From Minisyncoccota bacterium (GTDB lineage: Bacteria; Patescibacteriota; Minisyncoccia; Phycocordibacterales; UBA9973), in contig DASZSN010000028.1 in assembly GCA_035548655.1 (NCBI GenBank), positions 1-46,138 on the forward strand: DNA of 46,138 nt, in the 5' to 3' direction. The position numbers and the translations under genes are program-made. The first letter of the stretch is position 1; each line of letters starts with the position of its first letter. The notes beneath the pieces were generated by a model. The model was given only the letters and a program-made list of their open reading frames with translations, did no database searches and was not told the origin of the DNA. This document shows, piece by piece, positions 35,421-43,153 of the stretch.

Positions 35421-36882
35421 AACGAGAAAAAAGCGTTCGTTGCAACCAGTAAACGACAGCTCCATAGATAACTCCTCCACACAAAATAACTGCAATGATT
35501 GACAAATGCAACCGCATGCACAACACGAGCATTCCCACCATCACTGCAGCACTAGCGCACGCGCAGGCAATGTTGGAAACGATTACCCTTCCATAGAGAT
35601 TGATTTTTTTTCTTCGTATCACCACAATGTATGTCACAAGCATGAACACCATCGTGATCAATGTCGATAGAGCAGCACCATAGAGACTAAAGTGTGGGAT
35701 TAATACAATATTGAGTGCGATATTGACCAGCGCCCCCAGTAGTGACACTTTCAAGACCATCTTTTGTTGATTGAGAGAAACAGAGAGAAAAATAAACGCG
35801 CTAATCAATGCATTGATACAAAAAGAAATCACTGTAATGCGCAACGCCGCGACTCCGCCGCCATATGCCGCTCCGTAGAGAAATGTCATCAGCGATCGAG
35901 CAACGACGATACCACCTACCGCAATGGGGATTGCAAAAAGAGTTATTGATGAAACCAGCTTTGTCATGATCTGTTCTAGCCGACCATTTACTTCATGTGC
36001 CGCCTTGCTCAATAACGGAAACGTACTACGAACTAATAGCGCGGAAGGGAGAACAGCAATCAATCCGATTTTTACACCCGCTTCATACCATCCCACTTGC
36101 GTTATTTGCTTCAAATACCCCATCATCACTGTGTCAATATTGTTGTAGATAATCGAGAAAAAAGCGACAAATGCAAGTGGCCATGACTCTTTTAAAAGAA
36201 ACGTCCATATTTTTTTATTGAATGAAAAAGAAACAGGTGCCACCGTTTTTTGAAATACGAATCCGCTGATACAGATTGCGACGAGAACACCTATCATATA
36301 GCCGTACGCCGCAGAGAGCGCTGCTGGAGTGATTGAGAGAAACAGCCAGACAAACGCAGCGGTACTGATCGTTTCGATAATTTGAAGGGTTGCTTCATAA
36401 CGCATTTTTTGAATCGAACGAAAGAATGCGTCAAAGATATCGGCAAAGTTTTGGATGATTGTAAACCCTCCAAGAACAAGGATCAGCCTTCGCATCTCTC
36501 CGGTAGGATCATTAACGGTAAAGCTGGCGAGCGCGATGACACAAAATGCGACAAGGGAAAGAAACAGTTTCAATCCAATAACATCAGCAATTTCTTTCGG
36601 TGGTAACGTTCCGCGTGCATGGTGTTTTGTCACGATAGATGAAAGCCCTCCGTCAGCAATAATTACAAAAATAGAGACAAAAGAAAGCGCGAACGCAAAT
36701 GATCCATACCGTGCCGGACCGATCAGTCGGGCTAAATAGATGACGATACCCAATTTCACCGCTCGGGAAAACACTTCACCAGCCATTAGCCATGTGGCAT
36801 TTTTCACAATCGGATGCGATAGAATTTTATTGTATGAAACCATATTGTCTATTAGAAACGCGCCCAGATAGCACATCGTCAC
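35407..36882 (-). CDS. Wzx-type polysaccharide flippase (MOP superfamily)
   Basis: The protein has about 12-14 TM helices. The N-terminal sequence ATWLMAGEVFSRAVKLGIVIYLARLIGPARYGSFAFALSF is typical of polysaccharide biosynthesis (Wzx) proteins. Confidence 0.88.
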   Translation of the reverse strand: MTMCYLGAFLIDNMVSYNKILSHPIVKNATWLMAGEVFSRAVKLGIVIYLARLIGPARYGSFAFALSFVSIFVIIADGGLSSIVTKHHARGTLPPKEIADVIGLKLFLSLVAFCVIALASFTVNDPTGEMRRLILVLGGFTIIQNFADIFDAFFRSIQKMRYEATLQIIETISTAAFVWLFLSITPAALSAAYGYMIGVLVAICISGFVFQKTVAPVSFSFNKKIWTFLLKESWPLAFVAFFSIIYNNIDTVMMGYLKQITQVGWYEAGVKIGLIAVLPSALLVRSTFPLLSKAAHEVNGRLEQIMTKLVSSITLFAIPIAVGGIVVARSLMTFLYGAAYGGGVAALRITVISFCINALISAFIFLSVSLNQQKMVLKVSLLGALVNIALNIVLIPHFSLYGAALSTLITMVFMLVTYIVVIRRKKINLYGRVIVSNIACACASAAVMVGMLVLCMRLHLSIIAVILCGGVIYGAVVYWLQRTLFSRYGII

Positions 36883-37550
36883 TTACGAATAGCAACCATG
36901 AGGTGATATGAAAACGGTCCCGCAGAGAGTGAGTAATCATATCCACCAATGCGAGCAATCTTTGAAAGTATCGGTGAACGCAATGACGGAATACGTCGTA
37001 ATGGAGCAGTCACTAGTCGTGCAAGTTGCGAAAGACCAATACCTCGTCGTTCATACGCGACAAGCGGATGCCCCACAAGATATGTACGAATACGCCTGAA
37101 AGAATAGTGTCGATGCCAAGGAGCGGTTGTATTGGCGGTGAATACCTTTTTTAGATTTGCAGGGTCAAAAAGCGCCGCCCAACCACGATACGGAACTGAA
37201 ATAATAAGCACTCCATTTTTGGAAAGCATGGAACAGAGTTTATCGAGAACTAGTTGTTCTGTACCTCGTGTGACATGCTCTAAAACATCAAGCAAAAGAA
37301 TAACATCGAAAGAATCGGCAAAAGAAGCCGAGAGAATATCAGTCTCCACCACCGGAATATCAACAACAGACTTCGTATGCGCAACATGAATCGGATCGGT
37401 ATCTAATCCAAAAAGATGAGTATATCCCCGTTCTTTCAAGAGCTTCAGTGTTTCTCCGTTGCCACATCCCGCATCAAGTACCGATGCGGAAAGAGGAATG
37501 CCGCATTTTTCGAGTATTCCAATTGTCAGTGTTGATCGATTCATTTTCAC
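36879..37550 (-). CDS. Class I SAM-dependent methyltransferase
   Basis: Motif I is VLDAGCGNGE, with the post-I acidic residue in LFGLDTD and motif II in DVILLLDVLEHV. Confidence 0.85.
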   Translation of the reverse strand: MKMNRSTLTIGILEKCGIPLSASVLDAGCGNGETLKLLKERGYTHLFGLDTDPIHVAHTKSVVDIPVVETDILSASFADSFDVILLLDVLEHVTRGTEQLVLDKLCSMLSKNGVLIISVPYRGWAALFDPANLKKVFTANTTAPWHRHYSFRRIRTYLVGHPLVAYERRGIGLSQLARLVTAPLRRIPSLRSPILSKIARIGGYDYSLSAGPFSYHLMVAIRK

Positions 37551-37718
37551 GTTAAAAAAGTGAGTGCGAGTGTTTTGTTTTATACCGTCTGGATATGTAA
37601 CTTATTACTTATTCATAGCGGTCAAATATTTTTCAAAGCTTTTGTTTTGGGCAATTCTCATATCTGTTCGAGACGGTATTTCAAATTTGAAACAGTGTGA
37701 CATAGTTACCTCGATATA

Positions 37719-39851
37719 TCAATTAAATTCGACAACCGGCCATACATTTTTATTGATATATTGCAGAAGTGATTGAAGCGAACTACTATTGGAATAGTTG
37801 TTTTCGATAAGACGATTTGCAATGCGGTTAATCGTATCTTTATTTCGCGTATGATAAAAGAACTGTAGAAACGCAAGATAGGCGTGTTCGTTTCCTTGCA
37901 CATTGTTGGAAAAGAGGCTCGGTGTTTCATTGAACGCCGTTTCAAATGCATCAAGCGCCTCTTGGTAATGAGTCGGACCGGCAAGGTACAAAACGGTGCC
38001 ATAGTAATAGTAGTCCTTGGTGACATGAACACCGCTGTGTATGAGATCGCTCACTTCGGCAATCGCCGCGTCATATTTTTTTTGATATGCCAGTGAAAGC
38101 GCGAGGAGATAGTGATATCCGGGGTACAAGGGATTCCATGAGATGAGTGTCCGCACGTCTGCTTGTGATTCTTGGAGAGATTGCGTATCCCCCTTTGCAT
38201 TAAGCGCATCGGCGAGTTGTACGCCAATGCGATAATCCTTTGGACGCCACGCAAGATACGCTGTTCCGACATCAATCGCTTTATTAAGAAGCGTGAGCTG
38301 AACATCGTTTCGATGTTGGTTATAGCCGTTCGCCGCACTATCAAGAAAATTGTTGATGGTGTTGCCTTCGGCATAAGTATGATGTTTGAATATACGATCA
38401 ATCTTTGTTACTGCGTCAGTGGCAGTATGTCCTGATACTAATGAGACATATCGCCTCATCCCCATATATCCGGGAAAAAAGTTGTCAACAAACGCAAACA
38501 AAAGAAACCCTGAAAAAAGCACCAATCCAATCATTGTCGCGTTGCTCACCGATCGCGCCGTTGCCGGTGGTGGTGCTTTGACGTCTGAAAACAGTATCAT
38601 AAAGGAGAGTACTGCATAAAAGGCAATCCATGTCACTGGCGCATCGAAAAGAAACATGAGGTGTATCAGGTACGCAATGGAGAAAAAGAGCGCCCCCGCA
38701 GTCGGCCAAAATGATTTGATACGAGAAATGCTACGGGCAAATGAAACCCAAAGCCCGCCATACGCCAAAAGTCCGAGGATCCCCGTTGTGACCAGTATGT
38801 CAACGAGTTTATTGTGTGATCGATCGAAAATAGTGGGGTCATAGCTATAAATGCCCGGATCATAATGCTTGCTGAACGCAAGGACAAAATTTTCAGGTCC
38901 CCAGCCGATAAGTAGTTTTTTTATACCCTCCTGAGAAGGTGACAGCGAATGTAACGATATTTTCCAAACAATTTCACGTGATTTTATTGTTGCAATATCT
39001 TTGTTTTGAACAAGTGTCGCTCGCGAAAAGCCCGGGATTGATTGCCAAAAGTTGCTTGTGCGGGTTGAGAAATAGATGATTGAGAAAAGCCCAATGAGAG
39101 AAAGGGAGATAATCGCAAGTAGTCGGACTTGCATTCTTCCAACATACATTGCCTTACCACGGAATGCCGCAAACAAAAAGGAGATGAAGAGCCCAATGCC
39201 GAGTCCGAGCATTGTTCCTCTGGTCTGCGAAAGGACAATACCCCCAATACTTCCGACAAACATAAGCACGCTGAGCAATTTCCACAAAAGACGTCGCGTG
39301 TCTCCAAAGACGACAATCGAACAGAAGAGTGTGAACAAAAGGTATCCTGCAAGAAATGACGGGTTGCCGATCAATGAGTATGGTCGGTCAATACCCGCAG
39401 CCACTTGTGCATACTCCTTGATAAGTACAACAAGTGATACAAGAAGAGTGATTTTAAAAAAGATATACCATTCCTTTTTTTCGAACAAAAGTGATGTGAG
39501 GAAGAAAAATACGAAAAGGAAAAGCAATACTGCAAATCCTCCGTTTCGATCGACATTCCCCCACAGTGCACCGTATCGATCAAATGCAAAGAGTGTGCTG
39601 ATACCAAAAATCGCGGTAAATACCCCGAGAAAAATCGCTATTGAATGTTTTCGTAACCGAAGCACCCCTTCCACCATCGATGTTCGAAATGAGTGGTCTG
39701 TGATGTAACCAACCGTAGTTGCAACGACAGCAACAACGACAAGTGTCATAAATACGAAGCTTTCACCGGCACTGGGAGCAAACACCCCTTTATCAAAAGC
39801 GAGTGGCACCACGGAAACAAGGAGAAGGCAGTAGATAATAAACTTTTTCAT
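37719..39851 (-). CDS. O-antigen ligase/polymerase-like (Wzy_C domain) membrane protein with C-terminal TPR repeats
   Basis: More than 10 TM helices carry the loop motif LSQTRGTMLGLGIGLFI. The C-terminal soluble part has TPR-like repeats (YLLALSLAYQKKYDAAIAEV, YYYGTVLYLAGPTHYQEALDAFETAF). The preferred start is ATG 39851 (MKKFIIYCLLL). The ORF is open to 39893. Confidence 0.85.
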   Translation of the reverse strand: MKKFIIYCLLLVSVVPLAFDKGVFAPSAGESFVFMTLVVVAVVATTVGYITDHSFRTSMVEGVLRLRKHSIAIFLGVFTAIFGISTLFAFDRYGALWGNVDRNGGFAVLLFLFVFFFLTSLLFEKKEWYIFFKITLLVSLVVLIKEYAQVAAGIDRPYSLIGNPSFLAGYLLFTLFCSIVVFGDTRRLLWKLLSVLMFVGSIGGIVLSQTRGTMLGLGIGLFISFLFAAFRGKAMYVGRMQVRLLAIISLSLIGLFSIIYFSTRTSNFWQSIPGFSRATLVQNKDIATIKSREIVWKISLHSLSPSQEGIKKLLIGWGPENFVLAFSKHYDPGIYSYDPTIFDRSHNKLVDILVTTGILGLLAYGGLWVSFARSISRIKSFWPTAGALFFSIAYLIHLMFLFDAPVTWIAFYAVLSFMILFSDVKAPPPATARSVSNATMIGLVLFSGFLLFAFVDNFFPGYMGMRRYVSLVSGHTATDAVTKIDRIFKHHTYAEGNTINNFLDSAANGYNQHRNDVQLTLLNKAIDVGTAYLAWRPKDYRIGVQLADALNAKGDTQSLQESQADVRTLISWNPLYPGYHYLLALSLAYQKKYDAAIAEVSDLIHSGVHVTKDYYYYGTVLYLAGPTHYQEALDAFETAFNETPSLFSNNVQGNEHAYLAFLQFFYHTRNKDTINRIANRLIENNYSNSSSLQSLLQYINKNVWPVVEFN

Positions 39852-39883
39852 TGTATGCTTCGAATAGTACCAAACGGAAAAAC

Positions 39884-39921
39884 AAAAAACCACCGCACCG
39901 CTTTCGCGGGGGTGGTTTTTT
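39884..39921. terminator. Terminator downstream of the Ser/Thr-rich surface protein gene
   Basis: aaaaaaccaccgcaccgc - tttc - gcgggggtggtttttt, with an A-run on the left and a T-run on the right. A second small hairpin tctagac-tatgt-gtctaga lies at 39929-39947. Confidence 0.6.
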
Positions 39922-39962
39922 GTTTCCTCTAGACTATGTGTCTAGATTCACCGAACTGTTCC

Positions 39963-41849
39963 TTATTCTCCAAGGTATACAGTCGAGGTGTGGAAGTTGG
40001 ACAGACCGCTCGTGACAGAGAGGTCGCGATCGGTGTCATTCAAGCCGTAGCTGAAGCCGTCGATTGCAACTTTGTCAGATGAATCATTACCCTGGAGGTA
40101 GAACGAGAGTGTGAACTGCTCGGTCGAGCCTGAGGTAATGAGGTAGTCGGTGCTGTTGTCAACAAGACTGCTGTCTTGAGGATCAAGTGTTACAGAGTTG
40201 ACTGTTGCACCTCCGGTAACCGTGTAGCTGATTGCTGCGGTCGACGGGAAGGTAGCATCATTTACCAACGGATTGCTGTTGAGGTAAATGTCGTCATCTC
40301 CTGCATTTACGTTAAAGACAAACTTCGCAAGGTAGATGTCAGTCGCTGTATCGCTCTGGAAGAACGAGGTAAGCGAAGGAGTTCCAACAAGCGAGATTGA
40401 CGGAGCATTGAGTGACAACGAGTGCGTCTTTGAAGTAGACGAACCGGTGACAGTCACAGCATCTCCATTTGAAACGCTTTCAGCAGTGACAGCAGATCCG
40501 GTAACGGACGACACGATAGTCGTACCAGCACCGTAATTGCCGCTCTGGTTGTTGTACTTGACGTACACATCCACTTGAACGCTGTCATCGCCCGGTACTA
40601 CCACCTCATTGTCATCAAACGCAAAGGTGTAAGTAGCCGTACCATCACCGTTGGTAACACTGTCAGTATTACTGTCAGAATCGTAGGTGTTGCCATCGAT
40701 CTTGAGCTGTACTGAATCAATGATGTCATCCGGTGAATCAGACGAAGCAGTGTTTGACGCATCGTCGATAGTAAGGACAACTGGGATTTCATCGATTTGA
40801 ACATCATTTGCATCAGTACCACTCTTGAGCTTGAATGATTGCACCAAGTAGTTGTCTGATGTGCTGTTTTCCTTCACGATGAAGTTCGTTGACTGCGGGT
40901 TCGAGGTTGATGCCGTCACAGAGAGGTCATCATTTGCAGATGCGGACTCAAAACTAAAGGTCTGAGTATCAACATCACCTGTATCACCGGTGAGGATTGC
41001 TCCTGTTGCATCGTTGAAGCGAACTGAAGCGATTTGGGCAACCCAGTTTGCATCTTGATCATCGGTGTCAATCGAATCCTTTGCAGTAACTGCAACGTAG
41101 AACGTTGAGGTCTGATCCTTATCTACGACTGCGTTTGAGAGGCTGATCGTACCGGTGTAAAGATCGGTGTTGTCATCTGAACTTCCCGCTGAGCGAGTAA
41201 AGTCAGACTGATCAGCTGATCCAACCTTCGTCGAACCTTGCCATACGCTCACGCTGTCAAGATATCGATCGAGACGCTCTGAGCTCGTTGCGGTACCGTC
41301 GTTCCAGAGTTCAACTTTTGCAGAAGTAACTGCAACATCGGAACCTGTTGCTTTCACTTTGAAAGCGAGGACTTTGATATTGGTGTCACCTTCCGCTACG
41401 GTGTTCTCTGTTCCGGAGGTGGTGTTGGTGATAGTGACATCACCTGCGCCACCGGAAAGACCGGTAGAGGTGCTTCCGCCACTAGTCGGGGTACATACGT
41501 ATCCTGCCGGGCAGGTAGCTGTGCCAGTGCCGGTTGAAGTCGTACTACCGGTTTCCATTGCAAGCTTTGCGCCGGTCATAGGACCAACAACGCCGTCTGC
41601 AGTGAGACCGTGAGAGGACTGGTAGCACATAACGGCTGCCTTGGTCAAAGAACCAAAGTAACCGGTTGCAAGTCCAGAACCAACCTTACACGAAGTCGTG
41701 TTGAGGGTCATCTGGAGTGAAGTAACTTGTGCGCCGGTTGAACCCTGCTTCAAAGTTACTGTGTGCACATAGGCTGCATCAGCTTTTGCCGCGAAAACCG
41801 CGAAAGCAAGCACGAGTGCGCCTACGAAAAATTTCTTACTAATAGTCAT
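39963..41849 (-). CDS. Secreted wall-bound Ser/Thr/Asp-rich surface protein (possible S-layer-like protein) with an N-terminal PG_binding_1 domain
   Basis: A signal peptide (ALVLAFAVFAAKADA) is followed by LKQGSTGAQVTSLQMTLN...GYFGSLTKAAVMCYQSSHGLTADGVVGPMT. About 530 aa of beta-rich, S/T/D/N-dominated sequence follows. Confidence 0.8.
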   Translation of the reverse strand: MTISKKFFVGALVLAFAVFAAKADAAYVHTVTLKQGSTGAQVTSLQMTLNTTSCKVGSGLATGYFGSLTKAAVMCYQSSHGLTADGVVGPMTGAKLAMETGSTTSTGTGTATCPAGYVCTPTSGGSTSTGLSGGAGDVTITNTTSGTENTVAEGDTNIKVLAFKVKATGSDVAVTSAKVELWNDGTATSSERLDRYLDSVSVWQGSTKVGSADQSDFTRSAGSSDDNTDLYTGTISLSNAVVDKDQTSTFYVAVTAKDSIDTDDQDANWVAQIASVRFNDATGAILTGDTGDVDTQTFSFESASANDDLSVTASTSNPQSTNFIVKENSTSDNYLVQSFKLKSGTDANDVQIDEIPVVLTIDDASNTASSDSPDDIIDSVQLKIDGNTYDSDSNTDSVTNGDGTATYTFAFDDNEVVVPGDDSVQVDVYVKYNNQSGNYGAGTTIVSSVTGSAVTAESVSNGDAVTVTGSSTSKTHSLSLNAPSISLVGTPSLTSFFQSDTATDIYLAKFVFNVNAGDDDIYLNSNPLVNDATFPSTAAISYTVTGGATVNSVTLDPQDSSLVDNSTDYLITSGSTEQFTLSFYLQGNDSSDKVAIDGFSYGLNDTDRDLSVTSGLSNFHTSTVYLGE

Positions 41850-42093
41850 ATTTTTTTATCGTTTTTAATGCATGCGTACTATATAGATGTAGTTCGACAA
41901 AACTACGGTACGCGATGGTGCTTTCAACGAAGCGTCTTTATCGCACTTCATCAAAGCAATACAGACAAGGATAGAAACTATCGCCATCTGTTGTGTCGAC
42001 AGGGCCGATATCGTCCCCCACCTACACTGTCATCATCGTTTGCGCTAATGACAAAGTAGGTGAGGGAATAATGGCCGTCGAGAACTAATAACT

Positions 42094-42115
42094 AAAAAAC
42101 ACTGTTAAAAACAGT
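42094..42115 (-). terminator. Terminator-like or attenuator hairpin inside the long leader of the surface-protein gene
   Basis: The minus strand reads ACTGTT-TTTT-AACAGT followed by gTTTTTTag. It lies about 100 nt downstream of a candidate extended -10 element. Confidence 0.35.
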
Positions 42116-42199
42116 ATCTGTCGCTATGTTGTTTTCAACGACCATTTCGCGTGGTCCCACCACGCTGGTCCATTGTTTTTAAACAATGAGACTTCCACC

Positions 42200-42208
42200 A
42201 TAATACCA
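42200..42208 (-). promoter_or_regulatory. Candidate extended -10 promoter (TGgTATTAT)
   Basis: The minus strand reads ccgtgTGgTATTATggtgg. A weak TTGGCT lies 18 nt upstream. Confidence 0.3.
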
Positions 42209-42331
42209 CACGGCCCCCAAAAGAGCCAATGTTTGTATTGTGGAATTTGCACAGTATACGATGTTCATCGATTCAGTGCAAAAAAGGTGGTTTGGACCAC
42301 TTCACACATGACGATGGACAATACGCCTTTA

Positions 42332-42982
42332 TTACAAGGACGATCCGGGTATTTCAACAGGCAGATAGATACTCCAGCGTCTGTCACCAACTCGTCGTAC
42401 CTTTCCCTCCTGGACAAGCGCGCCAAGCTCGCGTTGGATTGTCTTTTCACTGACGCCAGGAAACAGTAGTGCAATGTCCTTTACATTTGATGATTTCCTT
42501 CGATTGATGAAAGAAAGTATATCGCTTTTTCTCTTTGTTCTCTTTTCATCGACGCTTTTATTTTGTCCTTTATTGGTAGAGAGATGTCCTTTTGTATTTA
42601 TAAAAGACATGTCCTTTATAGGGACTGGTCTCGGGAGATACTGTCCTTTATTGCTCTGGTCCGGAGAGAACAACATCGAGAGACTTTCCTCTTCTTGAGA
42701 AATCGCTTTTATATAGTACTTCAGTTCGGCTTCGATAATCCGGGCATTCTTTTCTGATAGAACCATGGCGAGAACACCAACCTCAAGGAGGTTTTTTATT
42801 TCTTCCCCTATTGTCTCTTTTTCATCATGTGAAGCGCTTACAAGGTCAACTCCAAGGGATCGAAGCTCCAGTCGAAGCGGGTCGCTTTCTGACAAATGTC
42901 TGGTCACCAAGTAGAGGGCAGCGGCTATCTTCTGTCCTTTAGAATTATCTTTGTAGTCTTTTGGTGATTCAATTTTGAGCAT
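42332..42982 (-). CDS. Hypothetical protein with a C-terminal winged-helix (DeoR-like HTH) domain and an internal NKGQ-type short repeat
   Basis: The C-terminal sequence VKDIALLFPGVSEKTIQRELGALVQEGKVRRVGDRRWSIY is HTH-like. The central region is low-complexity: SNKGQY..NTKGHLSTNKGQNKS. Confidence 0.7.
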   Translation of the reverse strand: MLKIESPKDYKDNSKGQKIAAALYLVTRHLSESDPLRLELRSLGVDLVSASHDEKETIGEEIKNLLEVGVLAMVLSEKNARIIEAELKYYIKAISQEEESLSMLFSPDQSNKGQYLPRPVPIKDMSFINTKGHLSTNKGQNKSVDEKRTKRKSDILSFINRRKSSNVKDIALLFPGVSEKTIQRELGALVQEGKVRRVGDRRWSIYLPVEIPGSSL

Positions 42983-43119
42983 TGTGGCGAGTTGTGTCTT
43001 ATAAAAGATTGTCTTTTACTTTCACAACTATCGGACACCATTATAAAGGACAGGTTGTACTTGTAAACATTCACCTGTGTTGCAATTATCCTTATATTGC
43101 AATCTTTTTTCAAAAAAAG

Positions 43120-43128
43120 TGATATACT
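43120..43128 (+). promoter_or_regulatory. Candidate extended -10 promoter (TGaTATACT) for ftsK
   Basis: aaagTGaTATACTgctgag lies about 25 nt upstream of ATG 43154. The inverted repeat ttgcaat-N9-attgcaa lies just upstream (43079-43101). Confidence 0.35.
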
Positions 43129-43153
43129 GCTGAGACATTTCACTTATTTTCCT

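Noticed and set aside
42983-43153. Replication origin or DnaA boxes in the ftsK-HTH intergenic region
   Set aside because: The recurring TGTCCTTTAT motif does not match the DnaA box TTATCCACA. No dnaA, dnaN or AT-rich unwinding element is nearby.
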